The position numbers were made by a program, and so were the translations under genes. A stretch of 64,000 nt of DNA from Macrostomum lignano (Eukaryota). The notes under the pieces are model-generated. The model was not told the DNA's origin and did not search any database. It worked only from the letters and a program-made list of their open reading frames with translations. Positions within the stretch are counted from its first letter, which is position 1. The number at the start of each line of letters is the position of its first letter. This document shows, one piece after another, positions 12,701-23,567 of the stretch. The DNA lies in NCBI GenBank assembly GCA_002269645.1, contig NIVC01002080.1, positions 142,608 through 206,607 of the forward strand. The letters are read 5' to 3'.

Positions 12701-12705
12701 TGTGA
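19..12705 (+). CDS. NFAT5: NFAT5/TonEBP-like Rel homology domain transcription factor, 8 exons (19-784, 1177-1642, 2406 or 2412-2649, 7508-7701, 8916-9088, 10374-10688, 10789-10941, 12215-12705)
   Basis: Spliced translation gives [66 protein letters not shown]...[15 protein letters not shown]...KARLVFRVN...CTQPVGSPE...[17 protein letters not shown]...FTYKP, matching the NFAT5 RHD+IPT. All junctions are GT-AG with compatible phases (1,2,0,2,1,1,1). Q-rich N- and C-termini. Confidence 0.93.
905..1095 (+). repeat. Degenerate telomere-like (TTAGGG/TTTAGG) tract in intron 1
   Basis: Repeated GGTTAGGG/GTTTAGG motifs. Confidence 0.75.
1177..1642 (+). CDS. NFAT5: NFAT5-like exon 2 (Ser/Gly/Ala-rich, basic KYKRAR NLS-like motif)
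   Basis: TTTTAG acceptor at 1176, CCAG|GTTGGC donor at 1642; in frame with the flanking exons. Confidence 0.75.
1700..2245. repeat. 28-bp minisatellite (CAGTTGCTGGGCCAGCCTCCCAGATCCT)n
   Basis: Direct tandem units in NFAT5 intron 2. Confidence 0.95.
2406..2649 (+). CDS. NFAT5: NFAT5-like exon 3 (start of RHD)
   Basis: [19 protein letters not shown]-recognition loop; donor CAG|GTGAGC. The acceptor could be at 2405 or 2411; both are in phase. Confidence 0.92.
2675..3225. repeat. 31-bp minisatellite (TCATTAGCCTCAGGTAGAGCTGTCAACCCTG)n
   Basis: About 17 tandem units starting just after the exon 3 donor. Confidence 0.95.
3929..4050 (-). mobile_element. SINE-like dispersed repeat family B, 5'-truncated copy
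   Basis: Reverse complement of the 23650-23765 body (CCATGAGGGCC...AAGGCCCAGAGAGTGTACATGCCTGACGATTAGA...CCGCTGTACACCCTGTGT). Confidence 0.75.
4575..4930. repeat. 23-bp minisatellite (CCGGAATGAGCAACTGTGTGGCA)n with a polar switch to a GTACATG variant
   Basis: Direct tandem units. Confidence 0.95.
5341..6462 (-). mobile_element. Degenerate mariner (Tc1/mariner) DNA transposon in NFAT5 intron 3
   Basis: Frameshifted transposase; imperfect ~19-bp inverted ends (GCATAGCCTAAACACTGA / rc of TCAGTGTTTGAGGGTATGC), each flanked by TA. Confidence 0.85.
5380..6434 (-). pseudogene. Mariner transposase pseudogene
   Basis: HTH region ([27 protein letters not shown]), [15 protein letters not shown] and C-terminal [11 protein letters not shown] motifs, spread over 4-5 frames. 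Confidence 0.9.
6690..7075. repeat. GGGATC/GATC-rich degenerate repeat with an internal duplication
   Basis: TCGGGATCGGGATC motifs; the block GGATCAGGATCAAGTGTTATGTGATCGGGATAGAGGG occurs twice. Confidence 0.8.
7190..7460 (+). mobile_element. tRNA-headed CORE-like SINE (family A), copy 1
   Basis: GGTTCGATTC B-box, GTGTCCTTGAGCAAGACACTGAAC...CAGCTGTAGAATGGG core, AT-rich tail; high identity to rc of 36975-37288. Confidence 0.85.
7508..7701 (+). CDS. NFAT5: NFAT5-like exon 4 (RHD; absent from the ORF track)
   Basis: [35 protein letters not shown]...[14 protein letters not shown]; CGCAG acceptor, AA|GTGAGT donor. Confidence 0.93.
8190..8378 (-). mobile_element. SINE-like family B, diverged copy with tRNA-like head
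   Basis: rc reads TAGCCCAGTGGTCTAGCG...CTCGATCC...ATTTGGGGCT...GAGGGCCAACCCC...AGTGTACATGCCTAACG. Confidence 0.65.
8916..9088 (+). CDS. NFAT5: NFAT5-like exon 5 (RHD)
   Basis: [15 protein letters not shown]...ARLVFRVN...SDPIVC; canonical splice sites. Confidence 0.93.
9235..10155. repeat. 38-bp composite minisatellite (GATAATCCCATTAC + GATAATCCCCAACTATCCCACTCC)
   Basis: Tandem units with occasional sub-unit dropout; NFAT5 intron 5. Confidence 0.95.
10374..10688 (+). CDS. NFAT5: NFAT5-like exon 6 (IPT/TIG domain)
   Basis: QPVGSPE...[16 protein letters not shown]...HLICRIPPY...FTYKP; TTTTTAG acceptor, G|GTGAGT donor. Confidence 0.92.
10789..10941 (+). CDS. NFAT5: NFAT5-like exon 7
   Basis: CATAG acceptor and A|GTGAGT donor, phase 1 on both sides, open frame [12 protein letters not shown]...SCVSP. 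Confidence 0.7.
11030..12172. repeat. 22-bp minisatellite (GAGAGCGGAGAATGCACTGGGT)n
   Basis: About 52 near-identical units filling NFAT5 intron 7; source of three spurious minus-strand ORFs. Confidence 0.97.
12215..12705 (+). CDS. NFAT5: NFAT5-like last exon
   Basis: TTTGCAG acceptor, phase 1, Q/A/S-rich frame to TGA at 12705. Confidence 0.75.
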
Positions 12706-12959
12706 GCTTGTGACCAATATTGAGCAGCTGCATTGCGGCTTGGACAGCAGTGGGTCTGCTCTTTTCTTGTTTAGTGTCTGCTTTTGTTTGTTAACATAGC
12801 TAACATTTAACATTGTTGTTGTTATGTTTGAAACTTTTTATTCCTGTGATTTTTCCAACCGGTACTAAAGTACGAACTGTACTGTTTCTGAGACTTCTCC
12901 GACTAAATGGGCTGCTATTTTTGCTGTTTACAGCTGGTCTTCTTGTGTCCTAAACTACC

Positions 12960-14004
12960 ATTTTGGTGTGTGCTCGGGTCCTTTGGTGTGCTCACTGGTC
13001 CTTTGGTGTGCTCACTGGTCCTTTGGTGTGCTCACTGGTCCTTTGGTATGCTCACTGGTCCTTTGGTATGCTCACTGGTCCTTTGGTGTGCTCACTGGTC
13101 CTTTGGTATGCTCACTGGTCCTTTGGTGTGCTCACTGGTCCTTTGGTGTGCTCACTGGTCCTTTGGTATGCTCACTGGTCCTTTGGTATGCTCACTGGTC
13201 CTTTGGTGTGCTCACTGGTCCTTTGGTATGCTCACTGGTCCTTTGGTGTGCTCACTGGTCCTTTGGTGTGCTCACTGGTCCTTTGGTATGCTCACTGGTC
13301 CTTTGGTATGCTCACTGGTCCTTTGGTGTGCTCACTGGTCCTTTGGTATGCTCACTGGTCCTTTGGTGTGCTCACTGGTCCTTTGGTATGCTCACTGGTC
13401 CTTTGGTATGCTCACAGGTCCTTTGGTATGCTCACTGGTCCTTTGGTGTGCTCACTGGTCCTTTGGTATGCTCACTGGTCCTTTGGTATGCTCACTGGTC
13501 CTTTGGTATGCTCACTGGTCCTTTGGTGTGCTCACAGGTCCTTTGGTATGCTCTCTGGTCCTTTGGTGTGCTCACTGGTCCTTTGGTATGCTCACTGGTC
13601 CTTTGGTGTGCTCACAGGTCCTTTGGTGTGCTCACTGGTCCTTTGGTGTGCTCACAGGTCCTTTGGTGTGCTCACAGGTCCTTTGGTGTGCTCACTGGTC
13701 CTTTGGTGTGCTCACAGATCCTTTGGTGTGCTCACTGGTCCTTTGGTGTGCTCACAGATCCTTTGGTGTGCTCACAGGTCCTTTGGTGTGCTCACTGGTC
13801 CTTTGGTGTGCTCACAGATCCTTTGGTGTGCTCACAGGTCCTTTGGTGTGCTCACTGGTCCTTTGGTGTGCTCACAGATCCTTTGGTGTGCTCACTGGTC
13901 CTTTGGTGTGCTCACAGATCCTTTGGTGTGCTCACAGGTCCTTTGGTGTGCTCACTGGTCCTTTGGTGTGCTCACAGATCCTTTGGTGTGCTCACTGGTC
14001 CTTT
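12960..14004. repeat. 20-bp minisatellite (CTTTGGTGTGCTCACTGGTC)n
   Basis: About 52 units just 3' of NFAT5. Confidence 0.97.
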
Positions 14005-14246
14005 AGTATACTTTAGTTTATGAGCCAGAAAATCTCTTAGTCTATAGAGCGGTGGTGTTCGGGAATCTCAATACGAACAGAAATCTATTTCTTTTCTATT
14101 TTACATTCATTGTTACCATGGCTACATGAATAGAGCGAATACTGCCAGGCGTTTCCCCGGTGAGCAGCTGCACCACAATTGTAAACCATACTATTTATTG
14201 GATGGATTTGCGAATAAGTCAGTAGTTTTATCATTTTCGTAGTGTG

Positions 14247-14248
<2 letters not shown>

Positions 14249-14293
<45 letters not shown>

Positions 14294-14307
14294 GTGTGTG
14301 TGTGTGT
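14249..14307. repeat. (CT)n(GT)n microsatellite
   Basis: Directly visible. Confidence 0.95.
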
Positions 14308-14387
14308 ATCGGCTTTTCTCGGACCTTCTGTAGAGTGTTAAATTCTTATTAACATGTGTAGTCTAGAGAAGCAGTAGAGCCCTTGTT

Positions 14388-14822
14388 TCTCAGTAGGCCA
14401 TGGACCCTCATATCTCAGTAGGCCATGGACCCCTCGTATCTCAGTAGGCCATAGACCCCTCGTATCTCAGTAGGCCATAGACCCCTCATATCTCAGTAGG
14501 CCATGGACCCTCATATCTCAGTAGGCCATAGACCCCTCGTATCTCAGTAGGCCATAGACCCCTCATATCTCAGTAAGCCATAGACCCCTCGTATCTCAGT
14601 AGGCCATAGACCCCTCATATCTCAGTAGGCCATGGACCCTCATATCTCAGTAGGCCATAGACCCCTCGTATCTCAGTAGGCCATAGACCCCTCATATCTC
14701 AGTAGGCCATAGACCCCTCGTATCTCAGTAGGCCATGGACCCCTCACATCTCAGTAGGCCATGGACCCCTCATATCTCAGTAGGCCATAGACCCCTCATA
14801 TCTCAGTAGGCCATGGACCCCT
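14388..14822. repeat. 26-bp minisatellite (TCTCAGTAGGCCATAGACCCCTCGTA)n
   Basis: About 16 tandem units. Confidence 0.95.
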
Positions 14823-15834
14823 TACGTGGACAACTGTAAGCCCACTCAAATGAATTAAAAAATGAAAAAAATCAAAATTGATTTGTAAATAGATGATTCT
14901 GTGTTGGATTTTTTGTCTCCGTTAGCCTCTGTTTAGAGTGTTTAATTTGCACAGCTTTGCTATACGTTCCCTCAATTAACAAATTAATTAATTTTCGACC
15001 ACTTATAACCAATATGTGTTGTGCTGTTTTTATAGTCTTTAGAATTCCTGATACATGCAGCGCAATCTGCTCTTGTAATGTGTAAAAATCTCTGACCTGA
15101 TTGTCATTTTGCGTTTTCGATTGCCCCCATGCCTCCCTCCTATGCAAGCTGCGTCAGTGTTTTAGACAATTAAATTATTTTAAATATTGCAATTTCGATT
15201 GAAGCTAACAAATCTACTAATACTACTGTTTTTATTGCTTTTATCGATATATAAGTAGTAAGTATAAAGTAGCACTGAACACTAGGCCGAGATCTCAATA
15301 GCTAGTTTATATTATTCTTTAATATGTGTACTATAACGCTTTTCATGTTGGAACTTGATTGACAGGTTTCGAACAAACTGGCTGAGCCCTGTTTCAGATT
15401 GTTGTGCGATTTTTGAGCACTAATTATTGAATTATTGTTGTGTCAGGCTTGGATGGATGGGGCTTTAGCTTGTTTGTGCTTGCCTTCTATAATATTTATC
15501 ATTGACTTCAATATTCGTTTGGCCTCTTAACTCTCTCTGATCCTGGATCCATTTTTATCAGTTGTGGCTATACTCGCTACTTTATTTTTTATTTGAACGC
15601 GCTCTGTCAAGCTCTATTGTGTTCTGTTGTTTCTGCAACACTGCGTTAGAGCCTTTTGTATAATAATTATATTAATAATAATTGAATATAAATTATGGAT
15701 TTTGCTATTGGTTTATTAGTAAGAAACCAAAGTAATGCTTTCATTATGTCAGAAATTCTCTATGCTAATACTGCTGCAGCTATTGCATTGTCTTCCAGTT
15801 GGGAATTTAAATTCTTTTCATTTAAAACTGCCTC

Positions 15835-16870
15835 CACTCCCAGTTCTCAGCTGTCAGTCACTCCCAGTTCTCCAGCTGTCAGTCACTCCCAGTTCTCCAG
15901 CTGTCAGTCACTCCCAGTTCTCCAGCTGTCAGTCACTCCCAGTTCTCCAGCTGTCAGTCACTCCCAGTTCTCAGCTGTCAGTCACTCCCAGTTCTCCAGC
16001 TGTCAGTCACTCCCAGTTCTCCAGCTGTCAGTCACTCCCAGTTCTCCAGCTGTCAGTCACTCCCAGTTCTCCAGCTGTCAGTCACTCCCAGTTCTCAGCT
16101 GTCAGTCACTCCCAGTTCTCCAGCTGTCAGTCACTCCCAGTTCTCCAGCTGTCAGTCACTCCCAGTTCTCAGCTGTCAGTCACTCCCAGTTCTCCAGCTG
16201 TCAGTCACTCCCAGTTCTGAGCTGTCAGTCACTCCCAGTTCTCCAGCTGTCAGTCACTCCCAGTTCTCCAGCTGTCAGTCACTCCCAGTTCTCCAGCTGT
16301 CAGTCACTCCCAGTTCTCAGCTGTCAGTCACTCCCAGTTCTCCAGCTGTCAGTCACTCCCAGTTCTGAGCTGTCAGTCACTCCCAGTTCTGAGCTGTCAG
16401 TCACTCCCAGTTCTGAGCTGTCAGTCACTCCCAGTTCTGAGCTGTCAGTCACTCCCAGTTCTCAGCTGTCAGTCACTCCCAGTTCTCCAGCTGTCAGTCA
16501 CTCCCAGTTCTGAGCTGTCAGTCTCTCCCAGTTCTGAGCTGTCAGTCACTCCCAGTTCTCAGCTGTCAGTCACTCCCAGTTCTGAGCTGTCAGTCACTCC
16601 CAGTTCTGAGCTGTCAGTCACTCCCAGTTCTGAGCTGTCAGTCACTCCCAGTTCTGAGCTGTCAGTCACTCCCAGTTCTCAGCTGTCAGTCACTCCCAGT
16701 TCTGAGCTGTCAGTCACTCCCAGTTCTCAGCTGTCAGTCACTCCCAGTTCTCAGCTGTCAGTCACTCCCAGTTCTCCAGCTGTCAGTCACTCCCAGTTCT
16801 GAGCTGTCAGTCACTCCCAGTTCTCAGCTGTCAGTCACTCCCAGTTCTCCAGCTGTCAGTCACTCCCAGT
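15835..16870. repeat. 24/25-bp minisatellite (CTGTCAGTCACTCCCAGTTCT[C]CAG)n
   Basis: About 42 tandem units. Confidence 0.95.
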
Positions 16871-17611
16871 AGTGCCACTTTCGTGCCATTGCCAACTGAC
16901 TACAAGACTTAAGTTATGAGACGCTTCGTTGTCTTCTTACAGACTTTGATGTCAGCAACGCTCTGGTGCTGCTGCATGTAGTTCGGACAGTTTTGGTTAC
17001 ATCGGTTGCTTTGGTACCTGTTAATAAAACCCTACCCAAAATATCAAGAAGACGAAGAGCGTTCTTTGAGCAGTAGTTTGTCAGTAACCTGTATATATAG
17101 TAGCAGTAGTAAGGAGCGAGTTGGGATTAGATTGGTGCTATGTCCGCAGTTTTCAAATGCAATTACATGTAAGCCTAGCGAGGGCATAATTTTTTAACCA
17201 ATTGCCGCCGCAAGTGTCGTGTACCGGTAGGTGTAAACAATCTTGGGTGATCAGCTAAGGGTAGTCAAATTTTTATGAGGCTGTACAATTTATCTTCAAG
17301 ACACTACGTATACAATACAGGTATGCACATTTAAAGTACGAGTGCAACAACCCTAGCCAGCCGTGCAAACACCTACGCACAGTATTCTATATGATGTACA
17401 CTCGCAGTATATGTACATCAGTGCTCTACTGCTGATTGGACTTGAATCTAGCCTAGCCTATTACCGGCTTGAGTGGGCGTGAAAACTTTATTTTATAAAT
17501 AGACTCGCACCCGACAGACCTACACACCATGCAACCCCAAACTGCATTTGCTTTTAAAATTGCACCGTTCTGATGCTTAAGTGGTCATTATAGTGGATAA
17601 GATAATTGAAG

Positions 17612-19248
17612 TCTCGTGAGCATGTGGAATTTATCAGCTTGCCTGCGGACAGGCTTCAGCCAGCTGGTGCACAGGCGGGATCAGCGACCGCTGCTGCTGG
17701 AACTGGCCATGATGCTGCTGTCTACTCCAGTGCTGCTGTCCGCTGCCGCGCTGCTGGGACGGGCGCAGAGGAGGCGGGTCAGCGGTGCGCCGTCATGCAA
17801 GCAGGTGACTGCAGCGTGGGGCCTTGAGCAAGTGTGTACTGTTGGGTCCTTGGTTCCCTGGGCTGCCGTCACCCTCCCAGATGCTCATGCAGTTGCTGGG
17901 CTGCCGTCACCCTCCCAGATGCTCATGCAGTTGCTGGGCTGCCGTCACCCTCCCAGATGCTCATGCAGTTGCTGGGCTGCCGTCACCCTCCCAGATGCTC
18001 ATGCAGTTGCTGGGCTGCCGTCACCCTCCCAGATGCTCATGCAGTTGCTGGGCTGCCGTCACCCTCCCAGATGCTCATGCAGTTGCTGGGCTGCCGTCAC
18101 CCTCCCAGATGCTCATGCAGTTGCTGGGCTGCCGTCACCCTCCCAGATGCTCATGCAGTTGCTGGGCTGCCGTCACCCTCCCAGATGCTCATGCAGTTGC
18201 TGGGCTGCCGTCACCCTCCCAGATGCTCATGCAGTTGCTGGGCTGCCGTCACCCTCCTCTATTTTTTTTCGATCAGCATCTCGGGTAGAAGCTTGCAGGC
18301 CCACACACTGGAGCCCATGCAGCTGCCAGCCAGCTCCATCAGTCACAAAGATGCCGCTGCTCCCTTCAAAATACAACCCCCCCTGCCACTGCCACATCGC
18401 TGAAGCTCCGCGTCCATCGCAGCCTTCTGTGCGCCTTCATCGGCCACTACAGCGTCAGGTCCTTCCGCATCGTCACTTGGCCAGCCGTCTCCGCCTGCGT
18501 CTCCGGCCGGCCGTCGCTGACTACCCAGACGCTGACCGCCGCCGCTGAGCTGGCCGACGCCGCCACCTACTGCACTATTTTCGGCTGGCTGCTGGCCGAG
18601 TCGCTCTGCCTGCACGTGGACACCCTGGCCAGGGCCGGCCGCAGCTCCCAGGCCGCAGGCCGGCTGTTTCCTTACAGCGCCGCCAACGCGGCAAACTTGT
18701 TCGGCTGGGGGTCGCCCTGCCTCATCGCCGTGGTGTACTTCTCCGTGCACCTGCTGCCGCCAGGCCGGGACGGCGGCAACTCCTGGCTGCTGGTGAAGCG
18801 GAACAGCAGCTCGGTGTTCTCCTACGCTGTGCGCCTTCCTGCAGGCTGCCTTCTGCTGAGCAGCCTGGCCATCAGCGCCTGGTCGCTGCGCATCTGCCTC
18901 AGCCGGGCCGCCGCCAGTCAGCCGAGCGGCCGCAGACTGGCCAGGGCGCTGGCTCTCGCCAAGGCCGCCGCCAGTCTCTGCCTGCTGACTGGCGGCCTTC
19001 TGCTACTCGAACTGCTGCCCGGCGACCTGCTGGAATCGTCGAATGTCGGCGTCGGCGGTTGGGGCTTGGAGGCGGCCAGGTGCGCACAGATCAGCCTGCT
19101 GAGCCTGCAAGGCCTGCTGGTGACGGTGCCGCTGTGCTGGGCGAATCGACGGCTGGCTAGCCTGCTGTGGCCGCGCCGGCTGCGCAGGCGGCGACATCTG
19201 CGACGACGATGGCACGCGTGGTCGACAGCTGCCTGCAGCCGAGTGTAG
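17612..19248 (+). CDS. Class B1 (secretin-family) GPCR, divergent; exons ~17612-17804 and 18289-19248; upstream ectodomain exons not located
   Basis: Spliced frame gives WNLSAC (end of hormone-receptor domain), TM1, LRVHRSL (TM2 His), FGWLLAESLCLH (TM3), FGWGSP (TM4), LAKAAASL (TM6) and SLQGLLV..CWAN (TM7). CAG|GTGACT donor and GGTAG acceptor, phase 0. Confidence 0.8.
17862..18256. repeat. 38-bp minisatellite (GCTGGGCTGCCGTCACCCTCCCAGATGCTCATGCAGTT)n in the GPCR intron
   Basis: About 10 perfect units. Confidence 0.95.
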
Positions 19249-19543
19249 GGTCACGTGATTCGCGCAACTTCAGCGTTATGGAATCTTAACAATCGTAATC
19301 CTTATCTCAGTTGTCAAGACTAATTTAGTTACTAAGGCACTGCTAACCTTGGGAACAGAGGTGTCAAATCAGTGCGGCTAAGTTAAGGGCCCCCCATAAC
19401 TTTCTTCAGCCTATTGGGGGGGGGGGGCGATGCCCTCCCTGCCCTCTCCCAGGCTACACCCCTGATACTAAATGTATATAAACTAGATGACTAGCTAAGC
19501 CAGCTGGGCATATTTGTTTGGCCTAAAAGTTTATCTATTTTAA

Positions 19544-21000
19544 TTTCAGTAGTAAGGAAGCATCTGTAAGCTATTTTATAAAAAGAAAGGCAGCTGGAGG
19601 AACTTGCAGCTGGTAAACGGCTTGCTATTGGCGCAGCCGTTAATGTACATTAGCCAGCACCGCTGAGAATGTACATGGTAGGCAGCTTTAGTGCTAGGCT
19701 GCAACCACTTGAAGAAGGCAATAAAAATTGGGCGGTAGGGCCGGGGGTGGGGGTAAGAGGTTTTGGTGGGGTTTGGTGGGGAAACCCAGTCAGGGGGGGT
19801 ACGAGGCTGAGGTGGGGGGGGGGGTTAAGAGAGCCAATAAACGAGTCCTGTCAAAAATACATTAAAATGCTTTTTTATTTAACTTTCTACTGAACTGAAA
19901 GTAGCTTACACGCAAATATGCGCCGAGTGGCCCATCCAGTTATTTAATAGAAAAAATCCTGATACTACAGGACTTCCTTTTTACCAATAAATTAACCGTT
20001 TCTCCCACCCTCTGTCTGAATTTACGATAGCATTGCATGTAGACTTGGTTATGCGTGTTTCGATCTCCCCAGACAGTAGTTGATTTGGTGCTGTTAGATC
20101 TAGTACGAGCTACAGATTTGTAATAAATTTATTGTATTTTGCTTTCTGATTTGTAAATCGCTTCTTTCTAACAAAGAGTTCTTGTTTGTAAAGGACTTTT
20201 CCTGGCTATTTTACTTGCATTGTAATTTGTAAACGTACCATACTTTCTTTCAGGGAAATTCGTCTTCACGCTTGTAGGTGTATTTCTTCCTTTAATAGTG
20301 GTAACTTGATTTTCTAAGCCTGAGAGCTTTATTACACACTTCCGGGTTGAGATTAAGGATTGGTTTTAGTGCTAGCTCAACCATTCTGGATTGCTAAGTA
20401 CTTCAGGTGATAATAAACAAATCTTTCATATGGCTGTTCCATGATAAATTAAAGCATTCCCTCATGACCGCTTCAGGTTTGAATACAGAAATGAATTCAG
20501 ACATAAGTCGCTTGTGAAGTTTCTATTTGTATTTTTAAAACGCAATAACTTCGCGTTAAAGCCACAGATACTAAAATAACTATTCATACATGTGAATGCG
20601 CCACTCGGGCATTATATAGCTCGTACTTAGCAAAACAGCTGTCTACTTTCAGTTCAGTAGCAAAGAAGAATAGATAAGCTATTTTATAAATACAAAGGCG
20701 GCTAAAATGACTTTGCTAAGTTTAGAAGCCCAAGCTTGCAGGCCTAAACAGTTTAACTTGCTAATTGGTTCTGCAATAATGTACATTGGCCAGTCCACAG
20801 AAATGTACATGGCAGCAATTAGGCTGGAATTCCGAGAAAGGAAATAAAAATTGAGACGGGGTAGTGTGGGAAGGCGCTGTTGAAGAGTTTAAGCTGGGGG
20901 GGGGGTAAGAGCCAATAATTAAATGAGCCTACTTTCAAACGCTTCTGTTTAACTTACTACTCAACTGAAAGTAGTTTACACACAAATGTGCTGAGTGGCC
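19544..21000 (+). repeat. Diverged ~350-390 bp direct repeat pair (19544-19931 and 20652-21000)
   Basis: Collinear shared blocks AAGCTATTTTATAAA, AATGTACAT..GCCAG, AATAAAAATTG, G-run+AAGAGCCAATAA, AACTGAAAGTAG.TTACAC.CAAAT, GAGTGGCC. Confidence 0.75.
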
Positions 21001-21711
21001 TACAAATGTTTCTAGGAAACAACTCGCTTTCTAGGAAATACTGGGCCATGCAGACAGAGAAATTCATTTAGTAAGGACATCATCGGTGCCGAGGCTGTAT
21101 GCAGTTTTCTTGTTTGTCCAGAAAAAATTGTGCTCTCGGCTGCAGGGCAGTCAGAGAAATCGAACTGCCCTCAAGGACGAGCGGCTGCACAAGCTGTGTA
21201 ATTACTTTTTTGCTGAATTTCTGCTTACAATAGTGCGCTAATAATTCCCCCATCAGTGACCACTTCTGCTTTAAATCTGTTTTTTAATAGTGGATTATAC
21301 GATCGTATACTACATATTATATTATATTTCACTACTCCGCCGCAAATTATTAAAATAAAAAAGATTTTCAATATTTGCTTTGCTATTATGCTTATCTGCA
21401 CGGAATTGAGTTTTAGGAACTCAACAATTGCTGCCCAAATAGATCGATAAAAAAGGATGAGGGCAATTAGCGGTTTAATTATGCTCTCGCCCGGATTTCA
21501 GAGAGCTCGTAAGTAAAACAAAGAAGCTATCGATTCGAAACTTTTAAACTTCGAACGTAATACGATAATTACACTAATTACGAGGTCAATATTTATTGAA
21601 CGAGCATATTGAAACATCTTGCTAGATTATTTCTGTGATAGATAAATTAAATATTCGACAAAAAACACGAAAAGTCAATACAATCGATCGACTTCAGGAT
21701 GTTCTGGTGTG

Positions 21712-21912
21712 ATTGTGTGTACAGTTTGTGTACAGTTTGTGTACAGCTTGTGTACAGCTTGTGTACAGCTTGTGTACAGCTTGTGTACAGCTTGTGTACA
21801 GCTTGTGTACAGCTTGTGTACAGCTTGTGTACAGCTTATTTACAGCTTGTGTACAGCTTGTGTAAAGCTTGTGTACAGCTTGTGTACAGCTTGTGTACAG
21901 CTTGTGTACAGC
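21712..21912. repeat. 11-bp minisatellite (GCTTGTGTACA)n
   Basis: About 18 units. Confidence 0.95.
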
Positions 21913-23567
21913 TCACAGACCCGGCTGTGTTGATGGTTGACACAACTAGATTAAAAAGCTGATCGGAGTACTTCTATTTTCTTCTGTATTGAATTTAAAG
22001 CTATTCCGCAGGTGCAACAGGCGGACTAATTAAATAGCTAATCTCCTATACTTGTCTGCAGGGATTTTTAATGCACACCTGACTCATCCATCATTGCAAA
22101 GCTGAGTGAGGCCTCAGATCTGTATTGACCCGAGTCCCAATGAAGTGCTGAGCGCCTCGAAATTAATCAGATTAACCTGTCTAGTCCCAACTCGAATCCT
22201 GCCTGGAGATTCGAATCGAGGCAATCTAGACTGAGTTCATGTGAATCGGAGCGCTGTCGAATGTCAGATTAGCCATGTCCCGAGGTATCCGTGGGTCTCC
22301 TGCGCACTTGACTCCGCCTGATGCAGGGCTTTCTTAGCCTCGACTCGAGTTCAGCCCCGGGAGTGTTGCGAGAATAGCTGCCTCATTTCTGAGATGATTA
22401 ATGAGTCGCTCAATCTCCTTCTTCTTGCCTTGCAGCACTTCCTTTTGTAACCTCTAAATCCTCTTTTTCTGACCAGCCGGGACCCCTTTTATTATCCGTG
22501 CATGCCCAGCAGGTGGGCCAGCTCGTTTCCTCCCTTCAACTTGAGCTTGAGTTGCCCTCCCTTCTTCTGTCTCTGCGCCTGGGTGCCTTCGTCCTGCCCT
22601 CTTTTCCCTTCTACTGCCTGTTTGATTCCTTTTAGAGCTGCCTGGATTTCCCTAGCTGTCTTTTGCAGACCGGCCCCTCCATCAACTGATGGTGCAGTTA
22701 CAATATTCCCCCCCTCCCAAAGCTGGGAAGTCACTTTGAACCGTGACTGCTCCTCCCCTCCGGCCTCCTCCCTTCCTGCAGTTTGAATTGGCAATCCAGA
22801 AATAGAAATTAGCGGAGCCAAGAGCTTAATTACTGCTAGCTACTAAAGAGCTCAAACCGTTCAACTCTCAGCTATAAGAGATGCAATCAGGAGTTTCCGT
22901 TCTGCTTTACGAGCTAGAAGCAGAAATTCCCAGAATTTCTAGATCTTTGAAGTGCATCAGTTCAGACTCTGCAACAAGCAGGAGCAACCAGTCAAAAGGA
23001 AAGGGAGATGAATCAAAATAAGAAGAATTTTTTGATTGAAGCCGGAACAAGGCAAGCGGCTAATTTCCCCTGGGAGAGCATTAACAGCAATAGCAGCAGC
23101 GGCTGAAGCGGCAAAGGCACTCAAGCACGACCTGGCTGTGGTCCTCCACTCTGGAGATGGGACCTTAACTTGTTGCTTTTGCTAGAAAGTTTCTGCCAAT
23201 GCATGCGCTTTCTCATGCATAAGTAAACTGAACACTTGTTCTGCGAGGCCTTTTCCTTTTGCATTGGTTGATAAAAAACCCAGCTACACTCCGCAATGTG
23301 TTCAAGTTTCCGCTCCAAGACCAGTTCCGACACCAACTCTCCATTCTCTCCTCACCAGCCTAAGCCGGGCCTTGTGACGCAAACTGCATCACCCGCAGAT
23401 GAGACGAGAGCCGCGGGCGTAGTGTGAATTGCGTCACTTTAGGGCTGAGATCTGAGAACAGTTCATGACCGCTGGTTTCACGGGTGGAAGCTTAAATATG
23501 TTGCTGGGTGTAGTTGCCATGGCGTGCGACTTCTGACTCTCTTTTATTAAAAGTACAATTTTGAACA

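Noticed and set aside
22140-23345. Possible gag-like/LTR remnant (minus-strand ORFs 22492-22821 and 23121-23336; TGGTGTCGGAA resembling a tRNA-Leu PBS)
   Set aside because: No LTR ending in CA before the motif, no zinc knuckle or pol motifs, and many stops; support is insufficient.
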